Part shown: positions 10,511 to 22,010 of the stretch, piece by piece
Layout: every line of letters starts with the position of its first letter
Position numbering within the stretch: the first letter of the stretch is position 1
Assembly (NCBI GenBank): GCA_900319525.1
Contig: ONOU01000021.1
Span: 6,149-70,148 of the forward strand
DNA from: an uncultured Prevotellaceae bacterium
Lineage (GTDB): Bacteria > Bacteroidota > Bacteroidia > Bacteroidales > Muribaculaceae
Length of the DNA stretch: 64,000 bases
Direction: 5' to 3'
Position numbers and translations under genes: made by a program
The notes under the pieces: model-generated
The model's input: only the letters and a program-made list of their open reading frames with translations
The model's database searches: none
What the model was told of the DNA's origin: nothing

Positions 10511-11479
10511 CTACTGTTCGAGGGCGGCGATGACGTTGAGCAGGGTCTGGCCCACCTCGCCCAGGGTGGCGGGGTCGATGGCATCCATGGTGTCATGCAC
10601 GGTGTGCCACTCGGGGCAGAAGCCCGTGGGGCTGTCGCTGCGCATGTCAATGATGTCAACACAAGGAATGCCGGCGCGATTGACAAAGATGTGGTCGTCG
10701 GTCACGGCTCCGCCCTGTGCGTTAATGAAGTGGCTGCCGGCGGTATTATTCCACACCAGGTCAACGAAGCCTCTCGCATATTGTGTCGAGTAGTACTCGC
10801 GGGTGAAGGTGGCGTCGCTGGCGCCCACCATGTCGAGCAGGATGCCAAACACGGGCTTGTAACCCTGGACGTGGGGATGGCTAGCCCAATATTGGGTTCC
10901 CAATGCCCACGACTCCTCGTTGTCGTCCACGCCCATGTCCTCGGCATCGACCAGCACGATATCGATGCCCAGGGTGGTCTTGTCGGCTTTGAGCTGACTG
11001 GCCAGCTGCAGCAACACGCCCACACCGCTGGCACCATCGTTGGCACCCATGACGGGCTTGCGGTGGTTGGCGGCATCGGGATCGTTATCGGCCCAGGGAC
11101 GGCAGTCCCAGTGGGCAAGCAGCAACAATCGCTGGCTGGCCTCGGGATTGATGATGCCGATGATGTTCTTAATACCTAGGCTGCCCTCGGTAGCGGTCTG
11201 TACGGTGCCCGTCTGCATGATGACGGTGTCGCATGAGGCCTGCAGGGTTGACATGAGCCAGTCGGCACACTTGGCGTGGGCCGGGGTACCTGGCACTCGT
11301 GGGCCAAATTCGCATTGCTGTCGCGTCAACTCCATCGCCTTGCTGCTGTCAAAGGGGGAACGGCCAGCCATGGCTGTAACGCTATCGTTGACGGCTGCCT
11401 CGCTTGCCGTGCTTGTCCCGGTGCTGCCGCATGCCGCCATCATGGCGACCAGTGCTATGGATAATAATGTCATCTTCAT
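10511..11479 (-). CDS. M28 family peptidase / glutaminyl cyclase-like lipoprotein
   Basis: Lipoprotein signal MKMTLLSIALVAMMAACGS. The metal-site contexts LLLAHWDCRPWAD, GANDGASGV and WHTVHDT are present. Confidence 0.7.
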   Translation of the reverse strand: MKMTLLSIALVAMMAACGSTGTSTASEAAVNDSVTAMAGRSPFDSSKAMELTRQQCEFGPRVPGTPAHAKCADWLMSTLQASCDTVIMQTGTVQTATEGSLGIKNIIGIINPEASQRLLLLAHWDCRPWADNDPDAANHRKPVMGANDGASGVGVLLQLASQLKADKTTLGIDIVLVDAEDMGVDDNEESWALGTQYWASHPHVQGYKPVFGILLDMVGASDATFTREYYSTQYARGFVDLVWNNTAGSHFINAQGGAVTDDHIFVNRAGIPCVDIIDMRSDSPTGFCPEWHTVHDTMDAIDPATLGEVGQTLLNVIAALEQ

Positions 11480-11491
11480 GTCGATGGTGTG

Positions 11492-11548
11492 AAAAAAAAG
11501 ATGCGGTATGTCATCGTCCGCTGTGGTGCGGATACGACATACCGCATC
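11492..11548 (-). terminator. rho-independent terminator of secG
   Basis: A 13-bp perfect stem GATGCGGTATGTC/GACATACCGCATC (11500-11512 / 11536-11548), followed on the minus strand by T8 (plus-strand A-run 11492-11499). Confidence 0.7.
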
Positions 11549-11586
11549 CTTTAATAAGTTGGGTTGTCTTGAAATGCGATTGTTGT

Positions 11587-11997
11587 TTACTTGGCCTTCT
11601 CTTCCTTGGCGGGAGCGTCACTCTTGGCAGGCACGTTTACCGTGGTGCTGGTGGTTGCCTTCTTGGCATCGGCGGCAGCGGCAGGAGCAGTCTGCTCGGC
11701 CTGGGTACCGAAGTTAGGAGCCTGGGTCTCGCTGGTGGGTAACTTCTTGATTTGGGGAGCGCCCTCAACGATGCTGGGAGCGGTCACAAATGCCGAAGCG
11801 ATGCTCAGCGCGCAGATGAAAATGGACAGACCCCAAGTGGCCTTCTCAACAAAATCGGTGGTCTTGCGAACGCCCATGAACTGGTTATAGTTGTTCACGT
11901 TGGCAGCAAGGCCGCCACCTTTAGATTTTTGAATAAGGATGACACCGACCAACAGAATCGATGCGATCACGATCAGAATTGCAAAAATAGTGTACAT
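11587..11997 (-). CDS. secG: preprotein translocase subunit SecG (with low-complexity C-terminal tail)
   Basis: The N-terminus MYTIFAILIVIASILLVGVILIQKSKGGGLA is the SecG signature. Confidence 0.8.
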   Translation of the reverse strand: MYTIFAILIVIASILLVGVILIQKSKGGGLAANVNNYNQFMGVRKTTDFVEKATWGLSIFICALSIASAFVTAPSIVEGAPQIKKLPTSETQAPNFGTQAEQTAPAAAADAKKATTSTTVNVPAKSDAPAKEEKAK

Positions 11998-12003
11998 TTT
12001 TTC

Positions 12004-12768
12004 TTATTTTTTGTCGTTTAGTGTCTCATTTAAGACCAATTTGGCCAAAAACCGAATTTGGTCTGCAAAGTAAATACTTTTTTCTGGATATTTCAAACTT
12101 AATCGCTCAATAATTTCAAGAGCCTGTGAATATTTGTGTCTGGCGATGTACATTTTAGCCAAACTTTCACTGAGCATAGAACCATCGTTTTCGGTGGGAT
12201 TGTCGATGCTCTCGCTGGCGATTTCGGCTTTCTCTTCCTCGCCGACGGGTGCGGTGATGGGCACCTGCGCGGCTTGCTCTCCCAGCTGCATCTGCTCGGC
12301 GATAAACTTATTGATAATGTCGTCCTGGGCATCGGCGCCATTGAGGTTCATGCCGCCCTCCTCCTTCTCCTGGGCCGCTAGCACGTCAGCATAGTCGGGC
12401 TGTGGATTGAAGATGGCGCGGTCAATGGCCTCGACCTCGCAAGGGCTGGTCTTGCCATAGTTGTCCAGGAAACGGTCGATGGTGGTGACCGTGTCGGGCG
12501 TTTCGGGCAGCGCCTCGGGCGTTTGGAATTCGGCCAGCAGGCCGGCGTCCTCGCCCAGCTGGAGGGCCAGAGCACGGCGGTCGGGATGAGCGATGGCAAG
12601 CCTGGACAGCACGTCCTCATTGCCCTTCACGCCATTGTGGCGCAGGTATAGCAATGCGGGCATGATGCTATAGGGGGCATCGTGCTCGGCCTGTTCCAGC
12701 CACTGCCGCGACACCTCGCGGTCGCTGCCGTCAGCCAGTTGTTTGATATCCTCAATCCAGGTTGTCAT
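12004..12768 (-). CDS. hypothetical protein (helical/TPR-like C-terminus)
   Basis: 254-aa ORF in the conserved lptE-secG neighbourhood. No catalytic motif recognised. Confidence 0.5.
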   Translation of the reverse strand: MTTWIEDIKQLADGSDREVSRQWLEQAEHDAPYSIMPALLYLRHNGVKGNEDVLSRLAIAHPDRRALALQLGEDAGLLAEFQTPEALPETPDTVTTIDRFLDNYGKTSPCEVEAIDRAIFNPQPDYADVLAAQEKEEGGMNLNGADAQDDIINKFIAEQMQLGEQAAQVPITAPVGEEEKAEIASESIDNPTENDGSMLSESLAKMYIARHKYSQALEIIERLSLKYPEKSIYFADQIRFLAKLVLNETLNDKK

Positions 12769-12802
12769 GTTGTTGCCTTAGTTAACAAATAGTGTGCCAA
12801 TG

Positions 12803-13318
12803 TTACCAGTCGCCCAGCGTGGCATTGAAGATGAGGTCACTCAGGTCCTTGCATATCTGGTTGCAGAGCTCATCCTGCACGTCAACCAGCAGCTCGCTGC
12901 TGGAGAAGTCACGGTAGGCGCTGAAGGACAGGTCCTTGGACAGGCTCTGGTTCTTGTTGTTGATGTACTTGACCTTAACGGTGATCGTCAGGCGCGTCTG
13001 GCTGGCGTAGGCATCCTCGCCGACGGCCTGTGGCGATAGCTGGTAGTTGGTGATTTCTCCCTCCATGCGCAGGTCGGCATTGTTGCCGTCAATTACGCGC
13101 AGGCGCGTCTGCTGGGCAATCATGTCGGTCATGCGGTTCTCAAACATCGACTGCAGCGGCGGATAGACCAGCGCGGCGCGGATGGGGAACTCGCCAAAGG
13201 AGATCGTCTTATAGACGTTGTAGTCGATAGACGCCCCGTTGAGCGTGTATCGCGGGATGCACGCCTGCCACCCCAGGGCAGCGAGGACAATTGCCAGTGT
13301 GATGAAAAGCCGTTTCAC
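12803..13318 (-). CDS. LptE-like LPS-assembly lipoprotein
   Basis: Lipoprotein signal MKRLFITLAIVLAALGWQAC. Size and position (between the sigma-54 activator and secG) match the Bacteroidetes LptE family arrangement. Confidence 0.55.
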   Translation of the reverse strand: MKRLFITLAIVLAALGWQACIPRYTLNGASIDYNVYKTISFGEFPIRAALVYPPLQSMFENRMTDMIAQQTRLRVIDGNNADLRMEGEITNYQLSPQAVGEDAYASQTRLTITVKVKYINNKNQSLSKDLSFSAYRDFSSSELLVDVQDELCNQICKDLSDLIFNATLGDW

Positions 13319-14577
13319 TGCCGTTCCAGGTTATATTGCTTGATTTTGCGGTACAGGGTACGCTCCGAGATGTTCAACTCTTGGGCCGTGAGTTTGCGGC
13401 GGCCGTTATTGCGCCTGAGGGCGTTCTCGATGGTCTCGCGCTCGGTCTCGTCGAGGGTTTTCACCGTCTCGCCCTCGATGTCGAGCGGAGCCACCTCATC
13501 GACGCGGCCCAGGTCTTGTGCCTCGTGCTGCATGTTGCGGTAGGGCGACGAGATGTTCATCTCACTGGATGTGTTGCCCAGTTCCAGCAACGGGTTGGGC
13601 TCGCGTTTGAGTTCATGCACCGTCGATGAGACGTGTGAAGTGGTTCCCATGCCGTCGATGCGCTTTTTCAGGGACTCGATCTCGGCCCGCATCGACAGGA
13701 TGAGGGTGAATAGCTGTTCGCGCTCGGCGTTGTAGTCAAAGTTTGGCTGCGACTGCACCGTCAGGGCCGTCTCGCGGTTGGTGGGCATGTACTGGCGCAG
13801 GGTGCCGGCATCGACCGTGTTGCCGCTCTCAAAGAGGGCGACCTGCTCGATGACACTCTTCAACTGGCGCACGTTGCCCGGCCAGTGGAATGCCTTGAGC
13901 ATCTGCTGGGCATCGTCGGTGAGCGTGACCTCGCTGGTGCGGTTCTCGTTGATGAAGTTGCGCAGGAACAGCCTGGACAGCAGCACGATGTCGTCGCCGC
14001 GCTCGCGCAGGGGCGGCACGTTGATCTGCACCGTGGACAGGCGGTAGTACAGGTCCTCGCGGAACTTGCCGTCCTTGACGGCCTGCATCATGTCCTTGTT
14101 GGTGGCGGCCACGACGCGGATGTTGGTCTTGCGCACCGTGCTGTCGCCCACACGCAGGTACTCGCCGTTCTCGAGCACGCGCAGCAGGCGCGCCTGGGTG
14201 CTCATGGGCATCTCGGCCACCTCGTCCAGGAAGATGACACCACCGTCAGCCTCCTCAAAGTAGCCCTTGTGGTCGGCGATAGCACCGGTGAATGAGCCCT
14301 TAACGTGGCCAAACAGTTCGCTGTCGATGGTGCCCTCGGGGATGGCACCGCAGTTGACGGCGATATACTTCTTGTGCTTGCGCGGGCTGCTCTCGTGGAT
14401 GATCTTGGGGAACGACTCCTTGCCCGAGCCGCTCTCGCCGATGATGAGCACGCTCAGGTCGATGGGAGCCACGAGCATGGCACGGCGAATGGCGCCAATC
14501 AGGGCAGGTGACTCGCCCACGATGCCGAAGCGCAGCTTCAATGCGCGGATGTCGTTGTCGGTTATTTTTGTTGCCAT
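13315..14577 (-). CDS. sigma-54-dependent transcriptional activator (AAA+ EBP, no N-terminal sensor domain)
   Basis: Walker A GESGSGKE, the GAFTGA-type loop GSFTGA, Walker B IFLDEV and FREDLYYRL are present, with a C-terminal Fis-type HTH (AQELNISERTLYRKIKQY). Confidence 0.85.
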   Translation of the reverse strand: MATKITDNDIRALKLRFGIVGESPALIGAIRRAMLVAPIDLSVLIIGESGSGKESFPKIIHESSPRKHKKYIAVNCGAIPEGTIDSELFGHVKGSFTGAIADHKGYFEEADGGVIFLDEVAEMPMSTQARLLRVLENGEYLRVGDSTVRKTNIRVVAATNKDMMQAVKDGKFREDLYYRLSTVQINVPPLRERGDDIVLLSRLFLRNFINENRTSEVTLTDDAQQMLKAFHWPGNVRQLKSVIEQVALFESGNTVDAGTLRQYMPTNRETALTVQSQPNFDYNAEREQLFTLILSMRAEIESLKKRIDGMGTTSHVSSTVHELKREPNPLLELGNTSSEMNISSPYRNMQHEAQDLGRVDEVAPLDIEGETVKTLDETERETIENALRRNNGRRKLTAQELNISERTLYRKIKQYNLERQ

Positions 14578-15452
14578 TTCTTCATTTTGTAAGTTTCGTT
14601 CTTCAGGAATACGCCCAATTCCTCGGGCGTCTTGTACTTTGCGTACTGCTCGGGCATGATGGGATCATGCACGCTGACGCGGAAGTCGTAGCTCTTGCGG
14701 CGGAACATCTCGGAAGGCAGCCTCAATGTTCTCAATTTCCAGCTGATTGCGCCCAGTAGCAGGGAAATCCAGCTATTGTGGCCGTGGATGTAGATGGGAA
14801 TGACAGGCACCTTGAGCTTCATGATCAGGCGCATGATCACGGGCTGCCACTCGCGGTCCTCGACGCGCAGCTTCCACGTGAGCTTGCTCACGGCACCGGC
14901 AGGGAAGAATCCCATCGGGTGGCCGGCCTTGACGTGCTTGAGCGTGTCGCTGATGCCCTGCATCGACACGGCTTTCTTGGCGGGGTCGTCGCTGGCCAGG
15001 GCATCGACGGTGATGAAGTTGGGCATCATGCCGCCAATCTTGCTCAGTATCATGTTGACCATGAACTTGTAGTCAGGCCTGTGGGTGCCGATGATGTGAA
15101 TCATCATCACGCCATCAACGGCGCCAAAGGGGTGGTTTGTCACGGTAATGAATGCACCCTCGGGCAGGTTGTCGAGCACCTCGCCGTTGTCATAGGTGAT
15201 GGTGGCGTTCAGGTCCTTGAGTACACCAGTGCAGAAGGGGACGCCCGGCGTGTGGCAGTTGTGGCCGTGAATCCAGTTGGCGTCGTCCATGTCGAACAGG
15301 TGGAACAGCCACTTGACCAGTTTGGGTTTCCCGTCAAAGAAGGGCACCAGTTTCCTCACGTCGTCATAGTCCAGAATATCGGGCTTGATAGTGGGTTGCT
15401 GCTCTATGTTGGGTTGCTCTTGTAGGTTGTTTTGTATCTTGTTTTCTTCCAT
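14562..15452 (-). CDS. lysophospholipid/1-acylglycerol-3-phosphate acyltransferase family protein
   Basis: The HX4D acyltransferase motif is present in NHPFGAVDG. 296 aa. Confidence 0.6.
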   Translation of the reverse strand: MEENKIQNNLQEQPNIEQQPTIKPDILDYDDVRKLVPFFDGKPKLVKWLFHLFDMDDANWIHGHNCHTPGVPFCTGVLKDLNATITYDNGEVLDNLPEGAFITVTNHPFGAVDGVMMIHIIGTHRPDYKFMVNMILSKIGGMMPNFITVDALASDDPAKKAVSMQGISDTLKHVKAGHPMGFFPAGAVSKLTWKLRVEDREWQPVIMRLIMKLKVPVIPIYIHGHNSWISLLLGAISWKLRTLRLPSEMFRRKSYDFRVSVHDPIMPEQYAKYKTPEELGVFLKNETYKMKKWQQK

Positions 15453-15481
15453 TTATTTACAATGTACTATTATTGGGGCCG

Positions 15482-15489
15482 CAAATTTA
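15482..15489 (-). promoter_or_regulatory. -7 promoter box (TAAATTTG) for the acyltransferase operon
   Basis: Matches TAnnTTTG on the minus strand, 30 nt upstream of the ATG at 15452. Confidence 0.4.
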
Positions 15490-15648
15490 CGAAGTTTTTT
15501 TGTGAACTGACATCAAAAAATCGTTAAAAGTGACATTTTGGCAGTGCAAACACCATGCCAAAAATCGCCAAAGGCCGATCAGTTGAAATATCTGATAGAC
15601 CAAAGGCGCTCCCAAGATTATTTGAGGACGAGTAGTGTGGCTTGCTGG

Positions 15649-16845
15649 TTACTTGTAGCGGTCGCTGATGTTGTAGATGGCCTTGTAGATGTCGCGGTCG
15701 ATGTCGGTGAGGGGGATGTTGCGGCGTTTCATCACGCGCTCGGCGATGGTGTAGAATGTCTCAAGGGGCACGTTCTTGAAGCCTGCGGCAGCGCTGCCTT
15801 CCTGGAAGGAGGCGACGAAGTTGCGGGGAAATCCCGCCCCATGGATGTTGACGCCAACGCCCAGCACAGTGGCTGTGTTGATCATGCCGTTGACGCCGAT
15901 CTTGCTGTGGTCGCCCATGAAGAGTCCGCAAAACTGCAGCCCTGTGCGCTCGAAGCGCTTGCTGGCGTAGTTCCACAGCTTGATTTCGCCATAGTCGTTC
16001 TTGAGGTTGCTGGCCGTGGTTCCGCCACCGATGTTGCACCACTCACCGATAACGGCATCACCCAGGAAGCCCTCATGGGCCTTGTTACTGTAGCCGATGA
16101 AGACGGTGTTCTCGACCTCGCCGCCGATTTTGCAGTGAGGTCCCAGCGTGGTCGCGCCATAGACCTTGGCGCCGATGCGCACCTTGGCATCATGGCATGC
16201 CGCAAAGCCTCCACGAATGCAGGCTCCCTCCATGACCTCGACGTTGGGGCCAATGTAGATGGGTCCCTCGTGGGTGTTGAGCATGGCGCCCTCGACATAG
16301 GCCCCTGGCTCGATGAAGATGCGTGAGGTGTCACCGATGACGGTGTTGGAGGCCGGTACGGGCTGTGACTGGCGCCCAGCCGTCAAGCGATTGAAGTCCT
16401 GTTCCAGGACCATACCATTAAACATGAAGATGTCATACAGGTGCTTGACGATGAGAGGAATTTCTTGGGGGAACTGCACGTTGGTATAGTGACGTGTGTC
16501 AAAGTCGTGGGCCGTTCCGTTGAAGGCGATGAGCTCCTCACCTACCATGAGGGCTTCGCCCAGCTGCAACGACAGCACCTGCTGGGCCAGCTCGGGCGTG
16601 GGTATAACGTGGCCAGCCACCATCAGATTGCTGCTGCGGCGCACGTGCAGCGGGAATTTCTTCTTGAGGTAGGGGACGGTGAGGTAGCTGTAATTGGCCT
16701 CGCCGAGCAAGTCTTGCCACTTCTCGCCGATGGTGGTGATGCCCACGCGCAGCATGGCCGTGGGGCGGGTGTAGGTGAACGGCATGAGTTGCCTGCGCAC
16801 CTCATTGTCGTCAAACAGGATGATGTTGCGTGCTGTCTTCTTCAT
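15649..16845 (-). CDS. GlmU-like sugar nucleotidyltransferase with left-handed beta-helix domain
   Basis: 398 aa. The C-terminal half carries hexapeptide repeats (IGPNVEVMEGACIRGG, IGAKVYGATTLGPHCKIGGEVEN). Divergent from rfbC. Confidence 0.6.
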   Translation of the reverse strand: MKKTARNIILFDDNEVRRQLMPFTYTRPTAMLRVGITTIGEKWQDLLGEANYSYLTVPYLKKKFPLHVRRSSNLMVAGHVIPTPELAQQVLSLQLGEALMVGEELIAFNGTAHDFDTRHYTNVQFPQEIPLIVKHLYDIFMFNGMVLEQDFNRLTAGRQSQPVPASNTVIGDTSRIFIEPGAYVEGAMLNTHEGPIYIGPNVEVMEGACIRGGFAACHDAKVRIGAKVYGATTLGPHCKIGGEVENTVFIGYSNKAHEGFLGDAVIGEWCNIGGGTTASNLKNDYGEIKLWNYASKRFERTGLQFCGLFMGDHSKIGVNGMINTATVLGVGVNIHGAGFPRNFVASFQEGSAAAGFKNVPLETFYTIAERVMKRRNIPLTDIDRDIYKAIYNISDRYK

Positions 16846-16879
16846 ATATCAGGCAGTATGTCGATTGGTTTTCGGTCGG

Positions 16880-16887
16880 CAAAAGTA
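16880..16887 (-). promoter_or_regulatory. -7 promoter box (TACTTTTG) for the GlmU-like gene
   Basis: Matches TAnnTTTG on the minus strand, 35 nt upstream of the ATG. Confidence 0.4.
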
Positions 16888-16930
16888 GTTTAATTTCTTG
16901 AATAATGTTGCATCGGTGGTCAAAAATGGT

Positions 16931-16938
16931 TAACTTTG
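16931..16938 (+). promoter_or_regulatory. -7 promoter box (TAACTTTG) for rfbC
   Basis: Matches TAnnTTTG, 29 nt upstream of the ATG at 16967. Confidence 0.4.
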
Positions 16939-16966
16939 CACGTTAATTGACCAACATTGACGGGAC

Positions 16967-17524
16967 ATGGATTTTATCGAACAAGAAATCAAGGGCGTAT
17001 GGATTATCGAGCCCAAGCGGTTTGGTGACCAGCGCGGCTACTTCAGCGAGGTGTTCAAGCAGCATGAGTTTGACGCACATGTGGGACATGTGAACTTTGT
17101 GCAGGACAATGAGTCGTTCTCGACCCACGGCGTGGTGCGTGGTCTGCACTTCCAGCGTGGAGCAGACAGTCAGGCCAAGCTGGTGCGCGTCTCTCAAGGC
17201 CGGATCCTGGATGTGGTGGTTGACCTGCGTCATGGCAGTCCCACGTGGGGACGCCATCTGGCCGTAGAGTTGAGCGCCGAGAATGGGCGGCAGATGTTTA
17301 TCCCGCGTGGCTTTGCCCACGGGTTTGCCGTGCTTGGCGATGCTGCACAGTTCCAGTACAAGGTGGATAACCTGTATGCTCCGCACAGCGAGGCGACTTT
17401 GCGCTTTGACGACCCCGCCCTGGGCATCGACTGGCGCATCGACCGTCAGGACATGATCTTGAGCGAGAAGGATCTAAAGGGCCTCCCCCTTGATGGGATG
17501 ACGCCTGAGTTCCTGGGGTTCTAG
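16967..17524 (+). CDS. rfbC: dTDP-4-dehydrorhamnose 3,5-epimerase
   Basis: GVWIIEPKRFGDQRGYFSEVF, RGLHFQ and FIPRGFAHGF are RmlC cupin motifs. Confidence 0.9.
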   Translation: MDFIEQEIKGVWIIEPKRFGDQRGYFSEVFKQHEFDAHVGHVNFVQDNESFSTHGVVRGLHFQRGADSQAKLVRVSQGRILDVVVDLRHGSPTWGRHLAVELSAENGRQMFIPRGFAHGFAVLGDAAQFQYKVDNLYAPHSEATLRFDDPALGIDWRIDRQDMILSEKDLKGLPLDGMTPEFLGF

Positions 17525-17567
17525 CCTCCCGGCTATTGACAGCAAAGTTATAAGGATAATAATATAA

Positions 17568-17603
17568 ATGTGGGCAGCGGTCTCGGTTGACTGCTGCCCA
17601 CAT
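17568..17603. terminator. hairpin between convergent rfbC and clpB (bidirectional terminator candidate)
   Basis: An 11-bp perfect stem ATGTGGGCAGC/GCTGCCCACAT with a 14-nt loop. T-runs are weak on both strands. Confidence 0.45.
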
Positions 17604-17626
17604 GCTGTTGATGCTTATCGTGCGGA

Positions 17627-20215
<2,589 letters not shown>

Positions 20216-20324
20216 ATAGTTGTTTCTCCTTTCATTGCTTTTTGATGGTCTGTAAAGACTTCATTTCACATGGTATCAACACTTGTGCCAATGGGGTAAA
20301 ACTGCCATTTTGACAGCAAACAAA

Positions 20325-20350
20325 AGCGGCCCGTTGATCAACGGGCCGCT
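20325..20350 (-). terminator. rho-independent terminator of the polysaccharide export gene
   Basis: Perfect palindrome AGCGGCCCGTTGATCAACGGGCCGCT, followed on the minus strand by TTTTGTTTG. Confidence 0.7.
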
Positions 20351-20377
20351 ACCGGTATTGGTGGGTTGTTTTGATGC

Positions 20378-21196
20378 TTATTTTTTAGCCATCACGGTGA
20401 TGAATGTGATGAGCGACATGGCGGTGCCGAGCATGCCGATTGCGGTTGTGTAGATGGGAGGCATGCTCCATGCCGAACGGGCTCTATAAACCGTGGGCTG
20501 AGCGTACAGTATGTCGTTCTGCTGCAGCTCAAATTCAGGCATGGTCATGATGTTGGCGTCCTGAATATTGAAACGCTTAATTGTTCGCTGGCCGTTGGCA
20601 TCGGTGCGAATGAGCAGGATGTTGTCGCGGCGTGCTTGCAGGGTCAGGTCTCCGGCTTGGGCGATTGCCTCAAGAAGGTTGAGGCGTCCGTTCTCGGCTT
20701 CGATGACGCCCTTCCCGCTAAACTCGCCCAGGCAATACACGCGGAAGTTCTGCAGGCGGCATTCAATGTTGGGGAGCTCGTTGAGGTAACGAGGATAGAT
20801 CAGCGAGGCGATGTACTCCTCGATCTTATTGCGTGTCATTCCCGAGACGTGCAGCTTGCCCAGAACAGGGAAATTGATATTGCCATCGTCATCGACCAGA
20901 TAGAACATGGTAGAGCGGTCGCCCATTGTGTTGTACATTCCACTACCCTCGCCCAGTCTGGGAATGTACTGGATCTTGTTAAAAGGCCTGACAGCATCGT
21001 TGTTGGACGCCGACACGTTGATCTGCAACATGTCACCAGGCTTGGTGGTGAAGTCACCTGCATGGGCAGTGAGGGATGCCAGTGCGGGGGCAGGGATATC
21101 ATCGATGTTTGTTAGATAGGGCACGGTCTTCTCGGTTGTGCATGCGGCAAAAAGCAATGCCGTGGCAGCGAGCAAAAGTAGGTTGCGGATTTTCAT
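20378..21196 (-). CDS. polysaccharide biosynthesis/export protein (Wza-like)
   Basis: Lipoprotein signal (LLFAACT). PGDMLQINV and the SLBB-like region match the Wza/Poly_export family. Confidence 0.7.
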   Translation of the reverse strand: MKIRNLLLLAATALLFAACTTEKTVPYLTNIDDIPAPALASLTAHAGDFTTKPGDMLQINVSASNNDAVRPFNKIQYIPRLGEGSGMYNTMGDRSTMFYLVDDDGNINFPVLGKLHVSGMTRNKIEEYIASLIYPRYLNELPNIECRLQNFRVYCLGEFSGKGVIEAENGRLNLLEAIAQAGDLTLQARRDNILLIRTDANGQRTIKRFNIQDANIMTMPEFELQQNDILYAQPTVYRARSAWSMPPIYTTAIGMLGTAMSLITFITVMAKK

Positions 21197-21233
21197 ATCT
21201 CTATTTATTTAGTGTTTATAATTTTCTAACTTG

Positions 21234-21241
21234 CAAAGTTA
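21234..21241 (-). promoter_or_regulatory. -7 promoter box (TAACTTTG) for the Wza-like gene
   Basis: Matches TAnnTTTG on the minus strand, 38 nt upstream of the ATG. Confidence 0.4.
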
Positions 21242-21317
21242 ATAAAAATTGCGATAACACCACTTTTTTTGTGGAAAAACATCATTGCGTAAGCATTTTT
21301 TCAGTTCCTTTGCATGC

Positions 21318-21896
21318 ATGAACACGTTACAACCCGCTATTGAACGTCATCCGTGGCAGCCCTTTGTCCCTAAGGATGCAAAATATCTTTTTCTGGGCAC
21401 ATTCCCGCCCCAGGAACACCGCTGGTCCATGGCCTTCTATTATCCTAATCGGACCAACGACTTCTGGCGCGTCATGGGTCTTATCTTTATGGATGACCGT
21501 GATGCCTTGTGGGACCGCGAGGCGGGGCGTTTTGACCTTGATGCCATCAAGGCCCTGCTCGGGAGAGAAAAAATCGCCCTGTGGGACACGGGCATGGCCG
21601 TGCGCCGCCTGAAAGGCAATGCCAGTGACAAGTTTCTTGAAATCGTGGAACCGATAGACCTTGCCGTGTTACTTGATGCGCACCCGACAATTACCCGGGT
21701 TGTCACTACCGGCGAGAAAGCTACCGGAGTGATTGCTGCTCAGGCAGGTGTGGAGCTGCCGGCGATAGGAATTCCCGTCGAATGTGAGGTTCGGGATCAT
21801 CACTTCACCTTGTGGCGTATGCCTTCAACTTCGCGGGCCTATCCACTGGCTCTGGAGAAGAAGGCCGAGGCATATCGGCGCATTTTTGACCGTTGA
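21318..21896 (+). CDS. uracil-DNA glycosylase superfamily protein
   Basis: ORF trimmed to MNTLQPAIERHPW. The motif LFLGTFPP...NDFWRVMG resembles the UDG/MUG-like superfamily. Confidence 0.55.
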   Translation: MNTLQPAIERHPWQPFVPKDAKYLFLGTFPPQEHRWSMAFYYPNRTNDFWRVMGLIFMDDRDALWDREAGRFDLDAIKALLGREKIALWDTGMAVRRLKGNASDKFLEIVEPIDLAVLLDAHPTITRVVTTGEKATGVIAAQAGVELPAIGIPVECEVRDHHFTLWRMPSTSRAYPLALEKKAEAYRRIFDR

Positions 21897-22001
21897 GCGA
21901 GGCGGCCAGCCGAATGAAGCCTGTAGGGCCTGACTTGCGGGTGTTAATAACTTTTTGCTGAGATAAACCTCTCAGAATTTTGTCGCAGATTGAAAAATGT
22001 G

Positions 22002-22009
22002 TACTTTTG
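22002..22009 (+). promoter_or_regulatory. -7 promoter box (TACTTTTG) abutting the start of the HU/SPOR gene
   Basis: Matches TAnnTTTG. ATGs follow at 22011 and 22014 (1 and 4 nt downstream), suggesting a leaderless transcript. Confidence 0.35.
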
Positions 22010-22010
22010 T

